DNA from: Malacoraja senta
Lineage: Eukaryota
Length of the DNA: 64,000 nucleotides
Direction of reading: 5' to 3'
Assembly: GCA_038087875.1 (NCBI GenBank)
Contig: CM075995.1
Span: forward strand, 994,001-1,058,000
Below the pieces are notes generated by a model. It did no database searches, had not been told where the DNA came from, and saw nothing but the letters and a program-made list of their open reading frames with translations. Shown piece by piece: positions 11,055 through 23,700 of this stretch. The stretch's first letter is position 1, and each line of letters begins with the position of its first letter. The translations under genes were made by a program, and so were the position numbers.

Positions 11055-13410
11055 TCTACTTGTTTATCCTCAAAAAATTCCAGAAGATTAGTCAAGCATG
11101 ATTTCCCCTTCATCAATCCATACTGACTTTGACCGATCCTGTCACTGCTTTCCAAATGCGCTGCTATTATATCGTTAATAATCGACTCAAGCATCTTCCC
11201 TACTACCGATGTAAGGCTAACTGGTCTATAATTCCCCGTTTTCTCTCTCCCTCCTTTCTTAAAAAGTGGAGTTACATTAACTACCTGCCAGTCCACAGGA
11301 ATTGATCCAGAGTCGAGAGAACTTTGGAACATGATCACCAATGCATCCACGATTTCTAGGACCACCTCCTTGTGTACTCTGGGATGCAGGCCATCAGATG
11401 CTGGGGATTTATCTGCCTTCATTCCCAACAGTTTACCTCACACCATTTCCTGACTAATGTGAATTTCCTTCAGTTCCTCCCTCCCACTAGATCCTCGGTC
11501 CCCTAGTATTTCTGGGAGATTGTTTGTGTCTTCCTAAGTGTCTTCGAAAACAGCACCAAAGTACTCATTTAACTAGTCTATCATTTCCTTGTTTCCCATT
11601 ATCAATACACCTGTCTCTGATTGTAAGGGATCTACATTGGTCTTCACCAATATCTTTTACATATCTAAAGAAGATTTTACAGTCAGTTTTTATATTCCTT
11701 GCAAGCTGTCTTGGCATCAAGTTGGGAAAAGGGGAAGTACAACGGGATCTAGGGGTCTTGTTCATCAGTCTATGAAAGTAAGCATGCAGGTACAGCAGGC
11801 AGTGAAGAAAGCACGTTGGCCTTCATAACAAGAGGAGTCGAGTATAGGAGCAAAGAGGTCCTTCTGCAGTTGTACAGAGCCCTAGTGAGACCACACCTGG
11901 AGTATTGTGTGCAGTTTTGGTCCCCTAATTTGAGGAAGGACATTCTTGCTATTGAGGGAGTGCAGCGTAGGTTTACAAGGTTAATTCCCAGGATGGCGGG
12001 ACTGTCATATGCTGAGAGAATGGAGCGGCTGGGCTTGCACACTCTGGAGTTTAGAAGGATGAGGGGGAATCTTATTGAAACATATAAGATTGTTAAATGG
12101 TTTGGACAAGCTAGAGGCAGGAAACATCTTCCCGATGTTGGGGGAGATCAGAACCAGGGGCCACAGTTTAAGAATAAGGGGTAAGCCATTTAGAACGGAG
12201 ACGAGGAAACACTTTTTCTAACAGAGAGTTGTGAGTTTGTGGAATTCTCTGCCGCAGAGGGTGGTGGAGGCCAGTTCTCTGGATACTTTCAAGAGAAGGC
12301 TCTTAAAGATAGCGGAGTCAGGGGATATGGGGAGAAGGCAGGAACGGGATACTGATTGGGAATAATCAGCCATGATCACATTGAATGGCAGTGCTGGCTC
12401 GAAGGGCCGAATGGCCTACTCCTGCACCTATTGTCTATTGTCTATTGTCTATCATGTTCTTTTTTCCCCCTCTTAAATAACCCTTTGTCCCCTGTTGAAT
12501 TCTAAATTTCTCCCAGTCTTCTGGTTTGCTGCTTCCTCTGGCCAATTTATAGGCATCTTCTTTGGATTTAACACTACCCTTGATTTCCCTCGTTAGCCAC
12601 GGTTGAGCCACCTTCCCCGTTTTACTTTTTCGCCAGACAGGGATGAACAATTGTTGGAGTTCATGCATGCGATCTTTAAATATTTGTCATTGCATCTCCA
12701 CCATCAACCCAATTCCATCTCATACCTTCAAAGTCTCCTTTCTTTAAGTTCAGGACCCTAGTCTCTGAATTAACCGTGTTCCTCTCCATCCTAATGCAGA
12801 ATTCCACCATATTATGGTCTCTCTCGCCCAAGGAGATTTGCACAACAAGATCACTGACAAATCTTTCCTCATTACACAATACCGAGTGTCGGATGGCCTG
12901 ACCTCTAGTCGGTTCCTCTACATATTGGCTTAAAAAACCATCCTGCATACATTTCAGGAAATCCTCCTCCTCAGCGTTGTTACCAATTTGTTTGGTCCAA
13001 TCTATATGTAGATTAAAGTCACCCATGATAACCGCTGTACGTTTGCTACACACATCCCTAATTTCCTGCTTGATGCTATCCCCAACCTCCCTACTGCTGT
13101 TTGGTGGTCCGTATACAACTCCAACAAGCGTTTTCTGCCCTTGTTCTTCCCATACAGTTCTTCCCATACAGATTCCACAGCATCCAAGCTAATGTCTCTC
13201 CTTACTATTGCATTAATCTCCTCTTTAACCAGCAATACCATCCCACCTCCTCTTCCTTTCTGTCTATCCTTCCTGAATATCAAATACCCCTGCATGTTTA
13301 GCTCCCAGCCTTGGTCACCCTGGAGCCATGTCTCCGTAATTCCAACTATATCATATCCCTTTACTACTAACTGCACATTCAATTCATCCACCTTATTGCA
13401 AACCTCATTA
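11055..13410 (-). mobile_element. CR1 LINE ORF2 fragment (APE endonuclease to RT N-terminus), interrupted by a second CR1
   Basis: DIVGITETWL, VIMGDFN, PLFKKGGREKTGNYRPVSLTSVVGK and KSCLTNLLEFF in broken ORFs 13002-13481, 12676-13167 and 10994-11428. Confidence 0.9.
11712..12451 (+). mobile_element. 5'-truncated CR1 inserted antisense into the CR1 above, with a (CTATTGT)n tail
   Basis: LYRALVRPHLEYCVQFWSP motif, 7-bp tail repeat, host sequence resumes after 12451. Confidence 0.88.
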
Positions 13411-14156
13411 CAAACCTTATTACAAACTTGTTTCCAACTTGGCAACATAGTTCCTATAACATGGTGCCCAAAACTGAACAAAATACTCTAAACATGGCCA
13501 CACCAATGTCTTATTTAACTGCAATATAACCTCTTAACTTCTATACTCAATACTCTGACTAATGAAGGCTAATGTGCCAAAAATATTTTTGACCACCCCT
13601 GTGACGCTACTTGCAAGGAATTGGCTCAGTGGAAGAAGCTTCACTTACTGATTGTATCATGCTATTGCATAGTTTCTAACTGAGTTAGAGAGAAACATGA
13701 GTAAAGCAGAGTTTGAGATCTGGGAAACATATAATTAGATGACTGTTACAACTGGCATGTTTTATGGAAACCACACACACACACACCTTCCCTCATTTGG
13801 CCAACAGTATGAGTAAAATTTGCATTCGACCGAAGAGATTAGCCAGATAGCATATAGTAAACGGTGGTGGCAATGTAGGCACAAGGTCCCACATCACTCC
13901 CACATCATTCTTTTATGTTCTTACGCTTTTAGTGGCAAGTGCACGGGACAACCATGTTTCAGGCCATTCTCTTTACCTTTATTTTAATTACATGATTTAT
14001 TTCATTTGTGGTTAGGATTATTTCCAATTAAATCTTTATAGAGATTGTTAAAAAATTAGTTCAGATGATATAATTGGATTTAAGATTTTATCCATTGTTA
14101 ATGAAGATACACTGTAGATCACTGCCAACTTCTGTTAATTTAAGAAACGCACTCAT

Positions 14157-15465
14157 TGGAGTAACTCAGTGGGTCAGGCAGCATCCCTGGAGAATGTGGA
14201 TAGGTGATGTTTTAGGTCAGGTCCCTTCTTCAGACTGATTATGGGAATGAGGGGGGGGGGAATGAAAGCTAGAAGAGAGGAGTGGCAGGAACAAGCATGA
14301 CAGGTCATAGGTGAACACGGACGAGGGTGTCGTTTGAAAGGCAGATGGTTAGACAAAGGCCAAATAAGCAAAAAAGGTGTGAAACAAAAAGATTAAAGTA
14401 TTTCAAATTGTGAAGCCAGAGGAAAGAACATACGTGGAGGGGTAGGGTGGAAATTGGTGCAAGTCTAGGTGGGGCACAGGGGATGGGGGGTGAGAAAGGG
14501 GGGGGAGGGGGGGAGAAAGGGGTGGTGAAGGGGGAGTTACCTAAAGTTACCTAAAATTGGAACGTACCGATCGATGGGATATAAGCTATCCAAACAAAAC
14601 ATGAGGCATTGTTCCTCCAGTTTGTGTGTGGCCTTCCTCTGGCAATGGAGGAGGCCCAGGACAAAAAGGTCAGTTTTGGAGTGGAAAGGTGAGTTAAAGT
14701 GGTTAGCAACTTGGAGATCCGGTAGGGCTTGGCGGACCAAGAGCAAGTGTTTGGTAACACAATCGCCCAACCTACACTTGGTCTCGCCAATGTACAGGAG
14801 GCCACATCAGGAACACTAGATACAGTAGTTGAGGTTAGAGGAGGTGCACGTGGGCCTCTATCTCACCTGGAAGGACTGCTGGGTCCCTTGTTGTAGGTGA
14901 GGGAGGAGATACAGGGTACAGGAGTTACACTTCCTGTGGTTGCAGGGGAAAGTACTTGGGAACAGGATGGTTTGGGTTGGGAAGGGATGAGTAAACCAAG
15001 GAGTTGCAGAGGAAGCAGTCTCCGTGGAAGTTGGAAAGGGGTGGTGATGGGAAAATATGACTGGTGGTGGGATTACGCTGAAGGTGATAGAAATGTTGGA
15101 GGATCTTATGTTTGATGTGGAGGTTGGTGGGGTGAAAGATGAGGACCAGGGGAATATCCTTGATCTGTCTGGGGCGAAGTGAAGCGAGAGCAGAACTACG
15201 GGGGACAGAGGAGACACAGGTGAGGGAACCTTCTATGACAGCAGTGGGGGAAACCATGCTTACTAAAGAAAGAGGATATCTCAGATTTCCTAGATTGGAA
15301 AGCCTCATCTTGGGAGCAGATGTGCTGAAGATGGAGGAATTTAGTGCAGGAAGTGTAGTCCAGATAACTGTGGGAGTCGGTAGGTTTGTAGTAGACGTCA
15401 GTTGATAGTCTATCCCTTGTAATGGAGACAGAGATCAAGAAAGGGTGGAGAGATGTCAGAGATAG
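14157..15465 (-). mobile_element. Penelope-like element remnant (RT C-terminus, GIY-YIG region, terminal repeat)
   Basis: DRLSTDVYYKPTDSHSYLDYTS, IPLVLIFHP and VANHFNSP. Homologous to the better-preserved copy at 56588-58240. Hammerhead-like terminal repeat at about 14157-14236. Confidence 0.85.
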
Positions 15466-15916
15466 GAAGAAAGAAGAGAGAGGATAATTTAAGGTTGCTT
15501 TCATTATTAGAAAAATAATTAACCAATGATTTAAACTGAATAGAATGGAAAATAAACATTGAAAGTAACCAGTTAAGCAAAACTGTGTTAAGTGAGAACG
15601 CAGGTATAATATGTTTGTGTAAATGGGACATAAATATATTTTCTTGTATTTTAAAAGCTGTTCATGTTAAGCAGTTCTCCCTTTTCAATAATTATGGGTT
15701 TTCAAATTACTATAATGAATCTGATGTACACATCTGATCATAGCAAAGCTAGAGCCCATAGAAGACTCTGTCCCGAATCTCCATTGAAATGAAATGTTAT
15801 GGTATTTTCATCATTCTCTTTTCAAAGGGGGGGGGGGTAATTAGAATCATACAGCAGTCAAACAAGGGCTCTGGATCAACTCAAAACTTAATTGAGGTAG
15901 TCCCACTTGCCTGCGC

Positions 15917-16247
15917 TTGGCCCATATGTTCCCGATGTTGGGGGAGTCCAGAACCAGGGGCCACAGTTTAAGAATAAGGGGTAAGGCATTTAGAACAGAG
16001 ACGACGAAACACTTTTTCACACAGAGAGTTGTGAGTCTGTGGAATTCTCTGCCTCAGAGGACGGTGGAGACTTTCTCTGGATACTTTCAAGAGAGAGCTT
16101 GATAGGGCTCTTAATGATATTTAAGAGGATATGGGGAGAAGGCAGGAACGGGGTACTGATTGTGGATGATCATCCATGTTCATATTGAATGGCGGTGCTG
16201 GCTCGAAGGGCCGAATGGCCTACTCCTGCACCTATTGTTTATTGTTT
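15917..16247 (+). mobile_element. CR1 3' fragment
   Basis: FFTQRVVSLWNSLP motif and the same 3'UTR as the copy at 12180-12451. Confidence 0.85.
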
Positions 16248-16346
16248 ATATCCCTCCAAATCTCTCCTGTCCAAGTATCTGTCCAAGTGTCTTTTAAAAG
16301 TTGTAATTGTACTCCACTGCGTCCTATGGCAGCTTTGTTCCATATA

Positions 16347-17883
16347 CAGTGGCTTGCAAAAGTTTTCATACCCCTTGAACTTTTCCACATTTTGTCACGT
16401 TACAACCATAAACGTAAATGTATTTTATTGGGATTTTATGTGATAGACCAACACAAAGTGGTGCATAATTGTGAAGTGGAAGGAAAGTGATACATGGTTT
16501 TCTGAAAAGTAATCAGCCCCCCTGAGTCAATACTTTGTAGAACCACCTTTCGCTGCAATTACAGCTGCAAGTCTTTTGGGGTATGTCTCTACCAGCTTTG
16601 CACATCTAGAGACTGAAATTTTTGCCCATTCTTCTTTGCAAAATAGCTCAAGCTCAGTCAGATTGGATGGAGAGCGTCTGTGAATAGCAATTTTCAAGTC
16701 TTGCCAGAGATTCTCAATTGGATTTAGGTCTGGACTTTGACTGGGCCATTCTAACACATGAATATGCTTTGATCTAAACCATTCCATTGTAGCTCTGGCT
16801 GTATGTTTAGGGTCGTTGTCCTGCTGGAAGGTGAACCTCCGCCCCAGTCTCAAGTCTTTTGCAGACTCTAACAGGTTTTCTTCCAAGATTGCCCTGTATT
16901 TGGCTCCATCCATCTTCCCATCAACTCTGACCAGCTTCCCTTTCCCTGCTGAAGAAAAGCATCCCCACAGCATGATGCTGCCACCACCATGTTTCACAGT
17001 GGGGATGGTGTGTTCAGGGTGATGTGCAGTGTTAGGTTTCCGCCACACATAGCGTTTTGCATTTAGGCCAAAAACTTCAATTTTGGTCTCATCTGACCAG
17101 AGCACCTTCCTCCACATGGCTTGTGGCAAACTGCAAACGGGACTTCTTATGGCTTTTTTTCAACAATGGCTTTCTTCTTGCCACTCTTCCATAAAGGCCC
17201 GATTTGTGGAGTGCACGAATAATAGTTGTCCTGTGGACAGATTCTCCCACCTGAGCTGTGGATCTCTGCAGCTCCTCCAGAGTTACCATGGGCCTCTTGG
17301 CTGCTTCTCTGATCAATGCTCCCCTTGCCCGGCCTGTCGGTTTAGATGGACGGCCATGTCTTGGTAGGTTTGCAGTTGTGCCATACTCTTTCCATTTTCG
17401 GATGATGGATTGAACAGTGCTCAGTGAGATGTTCAAAGCTTGGGATATTTGTTTATAACCTAACCCTGCTTTAAACTTCTCCACAACTTTATCCCTGACC
17501 TGTCTGGTGTGTTCCTTGGGCTTCATGATGCTGTTTGTTCACTAATGTTCTCTAACAAACCTCTGAGGCCTTCACAGAACAGCTGTATTTATACTGAGAT
17601 TAGATTACACACAAGTGGACTCTATTTACTAATTAGGTGACTTCTGAAGGCAATTGGTTGCACTGGATTTTATTTAGGGGTATCAGAGTAAAGGGGGCTG
17701 AATACTTTTGCACGTGACACTTTTCAGTTTTTTATTTGTAAAAAAATTTGAAAACCATGTATCATTTTCCTTCCACTTCACAATTATCACATAAAATCCC
17801 AATAAAATACATTTACGTTTGTGGTTGTAACGTGACAAAATGTGGAAAAGTTCAAGAGGTATGAATACTTTTGCAAGCCACTG
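16347..17883 (-). mobile_element. Tc1-family DD34E DNA transposon, 1537 bp, TA target duplication
   Basis: TA|CAGTGGCTTGCAAAAGT...ACTTTTGCAAGCCACTG|TA with long TIRs; inserted in an old minus-strand CR1. Confidence 0.97.
16527..17526 (-). pseudogene. Tc1 transposase with one frameshift near 17110-17130
   Basis: Paired-type HTH and GRP box in ORF 17089-17526. WSDETK, QQDND and SPDLNPIE in ORF 16527-17129, with 34 residues between the second D and E. Confidence 0.95.
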
Positions 17884-18105
17884 TATGCAGCCCCTGTGCT
17901 CCACAGCTCCGTTACATCATTCCCCTCTCAGCTCAAATCTGTCCCCTCTAATTTTAGACTTCCCTACCCTTGGGGAAATACTGAGGCTATTCACTATATT
18001 TATGTTTTATCAACCTCAAGGAGGTTACACCTCAAACTCCCATGTTCCAGGGACAAATGTCCTAGCCTCCCTAGTCTCTACTTCTAACTCAAACCCTCTA
18101 TACCC

Positions 18106-18994
18106 TGCTGTCAATGTCATAACCCTCCATATCAATGCTGATAAATGTGAGGTACTGCATCTCGGCAGGACAAATCAAAATAGGATGTACATGGAAAATG
18201 GTAGAGAATTGAGGAATGCAGTTGAACAGAGGGATCTAGGAATAACTGTACATAGTTCCCTGAAGGTGGAATCTCATGTAGATAGGGTGGTAAAGAAAGC
18301 TTTTGGTGTGCTGGCCTTTATAAATCAGAGCATTGAATATAGAAGTTGGGATGTAATGTTAAAATTGTACAAGGCATTGGTGAGGCCAATTCTGGAGTAT
18401 GGAGTACAATTTTGGTCGCCTAATTATAGGAAGGATGTCAACAAAATAAAGAGAGTACAGAGGAGATTTACTAGAATGTTGCCTGGGTTTCAGCAACTAA
18501 GTTACAGAGAAAGGTTGAACAAGTTAGGTCTTTATTCTTTGGAGCGCAGAAGGTTAAGAGGGGACTTGATAGAGGTCTTTAAAATTATGAGCGGGTTAGA
18601 CAGAGTTGACGTGGATAAGCTTTTTCCATTGAGAGTAGGGAAGATTCAAACAAGGGGACATGACTTGAGAATTAAGGGACAGAAGTTTAGGGGTAACATT
18701 AGGGGGAACTTCTTTACTCAGAGAGTGGTAGCTGTGTGGAATGAGCTTCCAGTGGAAGTGGTGGAGGCAGGTTCGATTTTATCCTTTAAAAATAGATTGG
18801 ATGGGTATATGGACGGGAAAGGAATGGAGGGTTATGGTCTGAGTGCAGGTAGATGGGACTAGGGGGAAGTATTTATTTTAAAAAATAATAATAATAATAA
18901 ATAAATAAAAATAATAATGTTCGGCACGGACTTGAAGGGCCGAGATGGCCTGTTTCTGTGCTGTAATGGTTATATGGTTATATGGTTATATGGT
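18106..18994 (+). mobile_element. Young 5'-truncated CR1 with (TTATATGG)n tail and TACCC target duplication
   Basis: Uninterrupted ORF2 C-terminus within ORF 17842-18862 region (track ORF 17840-18862), 8-bp tail repeat, TACCC at 18101-18105 and 18995-18999. Confidence 0.9.
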
Positions 18995-19169
18995 TACCCA
19001 GTAACATTCTCCCCAAATCTTTTTCGGCCATTTTCCAGTTTAATTACCTAGTTCCTGGAGCAGGGAGGCCAGAATGGTACATGGTACTCCAAATGCGGCC
19101 TTACCAATGTCAGGTACAGCTGTAACATGGTGTCCCGACACCTGTACTTGATGCCCTGACACCCGTGCC

Positions 19170-20130
19170 TTGGGCAGCACAGTGGCGCAACCGTAGAGTT
19201 TTTGCCTTACAGCACCAGAGACCGGGTTCGATCCCGACTACGGGTGCTGTTTGTACGAATTTGTACGTTCTTCCTGTGACCGCGTGGATTTTCTCCAGTT
19301 GCTCAGATTTCCTCCCACACTCCAAAGACGTACAGGTTTGTAGGTTAATTGCCTTCTGTAAATTGTACTTTGTCCCTAGTGTGTAGGATAGTGCTAGTGT
19401 TCAAGGTAATCACTGGTTGGCACAGACTCGGTGGGCCGAAGGGCCTGTGTTATACGAGAATTTTGCCCGAACAGTGTGCGACCCGTAGCGTGGGCGATGT
19501 CTAATGCCCAGAGCGCTATGTTTAAAGCACAGAGCGTTATGGCCGGTAGTGCTATACTTAGAACCCATTGCGCTGCGGCTGGCAGCTCTTTGTTTAAATC
19601 CCACGGCCTAAGCTGACAGCGCTCTGTTTAAACTTTGCGCGCCAAACTGGCAGCACTGTGTGTATTACCTTTACGCGACAGTCTGTAGCGCTGTGTATTG
19701 CTTTATGCGCCAGTCTGCGGCTGATTGCGCTTTGTTCCCAAAGGGAGGCCTCGCTCGGCTGTCCCCTGCCATTGGTTATAGTTTGATTTTGGGAGCAGCG
19801 CTATTGGCCAGGACTTACCGGCGGTTATTTCAACAGCTGATTTCTTATCTGTATAAAGGTAGGCGCCAGTAAGCCATAAGTTAGTTCATGTACGAGACGG
19901 GTTTACCGACGGGCTGAGTCACAATCAGCGCCGTAGACGGAGGCAGAGAGAGAGAGAGAGAGGTGTGCTGCTGTAAAACGAACCCCGTGCATACCAAGTA
20001 TTGTTGTTCTCTCTCTTGCCCATAAATCTGATTTGTAACTAAACAACCTCTTTCTGGTCTACTAGTCAAGTCCTTGAACCTGTTCCCTTGCAACAGCCTG
20101 TTTCCATGCTGTTTCTCTAAAGTCTAAAGA
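19170..20130 (+). mobile_element. HE1-type SINE split by a solo LTR
   Basis: tRNA-like head (A box and GGTTCGATCC B box). The tail GGGCCGAAGGGCCTG|TTTCCATGCTGT resumes after 20100. Confidence 0.88.
19448..20095 (+). mobile_element. Solo LTR (648 bp), TG...CA ends, 5-bp TSD GCCTG
   Basis: GCCTG|TGTTATAC...TTGCAACA|GCCTG. Internal ATTGG at 19771 and 19803, TATAAA at 19852-19857, CpG-rich. Confidence 0.88.
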
Positions 20131-20443
20131 TGAAGGCAGGCACTGCTGCAACATAGGTTTCTGTGGTACCATCTTCCAGAGCAGTGTCCTACAAATGCGG
20201 TACATCTCACCCTCATAATCCGTTATCCAAGAAGTACCAAAGGTCGTGCAGACAACAATCCAGATGGTCCCGCAGGAGTAGAAGGACACCCATGCACTTT
20301 GCAAAAGTGCACTTTTAGTCTCATTTGAAAAAAAAATTCTATAAAAAAATTTAAACAGGAACGTTTAATGTTTTCCAAAATTATTCTCTCAACTGTTTTT
20401 TTGTAATAGAGAACTGCCTCAGCCTGTGATGTTGTGAATCTAA

Positions 20444-20637
20444 TGGGCCTGCCCCTCTTAGGCGATTTTTTGGGCAATTGCCGGTGACTGCCGCAAAATT
20501 TTCAACAGTGAAAATTTTTCGACGACAATTTTTGCTGTCATAGGTTGCCATAGGTTGCTGCCAGGTGTCGTAGGTGAATTACATTAAAATTAGGCCCTGG
20601 CCGTCGCCTAAAGAGTCATCTAAGTGGGACAGGCCCA
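20444..20637. mobile_element. PIF/Harbinger-type MITE with TAA target duplication
   Basis: TAA|TGGGCCTGCCCCTCTTAG...CTAAGTGGGACAGGCCCA|TAA. Confidence 0.8.
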
Positions 20638-20747
20638 TAAGGATGTTCTCTCAGGAAGGCGATGAGGGGGAATTTCTTTGGTCAGATGGTGGTGAATCTG
20701 TGGAATTCATTGCCACAGAAGGCTGCGGAGGCCAAGTCAGTAGATAT

Positions 20748-23700
20748 TTTTAATTCGGAGTCACGTGAGTGACTACGTGAAGAACCCCGCCAGTGCGCCT
20801 GCGCGTCATTACGTCAGACGCATTGGCGCAAACGGACGCGAGGAGCAGAGCTCCTCTAGTGGAATTGTAGTTTTTAAACTACAAGGTATAAACTTTTTTG
20901 GAAGTATTTCCGTGTCCGTTTGCTGTGGGTCTGTGGGGATTTTTTCCACAGGCGCCATGGAAAAAACAGGCAAGGGGAGGAGGCGAGCGACTCAGCCGGT
21001 AGAAAGTCGCGAGATTGCGGTCGGCGACCAGCCGCCTCTGACCACGGTACAGTCGCCAGCAGACAGCATAGCGACTGGGGATATTGGGGCTGAAGTGAAT
21101 TTAGTCAGCATCAGTGGGGCAAGGCAAAGCCGATAAAAAGCTGCGGGAATGCGGTCGGTAAAGGACTGCCTCATACCCTACAACAGTCGCCGGCTGGGAG
21201 CGGGGCGAACTGTGGACTTGTGCATTAAAGAAAAGAACGGAGCCAGCTTCAGTTGGGTGCTAGGCAACATACAAGTCAGGGCCATGGAGCAAGAGTCAGT
21301 TTGGGATTCAGCTCCAAGGCTGGATACCACTTTCTGAGTGGATATTCCAAATGGATAACCTGTACACAGGTTGCTCCAACAAAACATACTCCAGGAGGAG
21401 TGATGTCAGAACCAGGCTCCAGAAGCCAGGTCAGCAGCACCTAGTAAAGGGCTGCTTGATAGCACCCTCATTGATGAGGCGCGTGCACGGGGTCAGTAGA
21501 GTTTCCAAAACAAGCGAAGACGGCAGCTGCCAGATGGGCTATTCCTGGCAGTACGATTTGCTGCTCTGTGAGAGTTCTGACCCTGAGTCTGACAGTGATG
21601 CCGATACAAGCGAAGACGGCAGCTGCCAGATGTTTTACTCCTGGTAGTACGATTCGCTGCCCCATCAGAGTCAGGAGAGCCACTGGAAAGGACATGGTCT
21701 CTGTGATCAACTATTGTGTCTGCCATCAGCTCTAGTAGCTTACGATGGATGAAAATGCCAAAAAAGCACGAGATCCCAAGGAACTGCATATTGCTGAAAG
21801 TACTAGCAGTGAACCAAGATAAGGGGTCAGATGGGCGAAGGCATGTAAGCCTAAGGAAAGTAAACTGCAGAGAATATTGAAGCTGCTGTGTTGATGAACA
21901 ACTGCAATTTGCAAAACGATGGATGGAGGCCATGGATGGAGATGCATCAAGTGGCACTAAGGTTGCTATGTAGCGCCCACTTCAAGATGAATTGTTTCAG
22001 GAAGTATGCCATTCGGTCCACCATCAACCCCAAGTTGCAGCAACTCTGTAAAGCCCAGCAATGTGCAGTCATTCAACTTATTCTTCAGAGAAAAAAACTC
22101 ATGAATCGTGGGAAAGAGTTGGATAATGAGGCAAAAACAGCAAAGTTGATCACAACATCAATGGTCGTCAAGTCTGCAAAGAGGACGTATCCTTTCAGAC
22201 ATCATACAAAATCCTGGACCGACATCAGGATCAAATCGACCATTGAAGCAGGTACGCAGTTGATGTCCTGCAGCAGGAAAATGAAAAAGCGTGGGTTTTG
22301 CCTGCCAGGAGCCAGGGACCACAGGTCACTCAGATGACAAAGGAGGTAGGTGGACCTGGTTCTTATGGGAACATATTAAGGCAAAAACAGCCAAATATTG
22401 GAAGTAAATTACTTCAGGTATTATTCTGAGTATTATAGAAAGGTTTCTAATTGATTCAATTCAAATACTGATTTGCCATCCAGTATGTTCCAAGCAGAAC
22501 ACTCCAATTTCACATACAAATAATTGATGGAGGTTCAAGCTGAATTGAAAACTTGTTTATAAACAAGTAATTGAAAGGTCGGTTTATCAAAACCACCAAA
22601 TTGTGTTTAAAATTTCTCAACCTAAAAAGGTGAGGAGTATTTTAGATCTGACAAGTCTTTAAAATTTTGTGAAGTATGGACACTTCAAAATAGAGACTTT
22701 GAGACTGCCATACAATTTAATTCAAAAAAGATGTTTTATGGCACTTATAGATCTGAAAGATGTATATTACTTAGTGTTTGTTCATTTATAAGATAAAATT
22801 ATCTAAAGGAACAATTATGGCAATTCAAAGTTCTGTCTAACGGGTTAACTTCAGTCCCTAGAAATTCACTAAATTGGTAAAACCAATTTTGCTGCTAATT
22901 AGAGTCCAAGGACAGATGTGGATGGCTTAACTGGATGATGTCCTAATTAGGACGAACAAGAGATTTCGTGAGTTATCTCTCTCAAATTATTCAAACCACT
23001 TTTGAAAGTTGGGTTTAATTCATCCAGAGAGAAATTAAGTTAACGATACTTACAACAATTGATTATTTGATTCAATTGAAAAGGTAGTGATTTACCTAGG
23101 GTAAACGGTAAAGCTAATTGATGGTTGTATTAAGCAGTTGGAAAAGCAACAATCTTCAATTAAGACAGGTGGCCAGCTTGTTAGGAGAATTAGTGTTATT
23201 TCCAGCAATACAATATGGGCCATTGGACTACCAGCAGCTGCAGATTGCAAAAAGAAAAAACACTAAGATGCATGATGGCCATTTTTTGATAGGCCATGCA
23301 ATTAAACAACAAATGCTGCTTCTGATTGCAGTAGTGGATTTAACATGTCTTTAGCAGTTCAAGCAAGATATGGATTGAACAACCTTCCATGGTCTTAACA
23401 GACTGATATCAGTGTACTAGGATTGGTGCCACTGAAAAGGTATCCATCTGTGGACAGATGGAATATGGAAGAAGTATTATTTTACAGACATGGAGAATCT
23501 ACGTTTTAAAGTCTATTGGAAGGCTTATGAGCTACAAGCTTGTTAAATACAACTAATCTGCATGTTCAGTTTCAAATTAACAACACTACAGCAATGGCAT
23601 GTAATAATTGTATGGGTGGAATTTCCATGATAACAAAGAATGGATGTTTAACTTTAAGATTTTTTTAATGATATAATAGTCAGATTTGGGAAGCCAGATA

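Noticed and set aside
17840..18862. 340-aa ORF as a host gene
   Set aside because: Chance read-through from the Tc1 TIR and an antisense CR1 into a CR1 ORF2 C-terminus.
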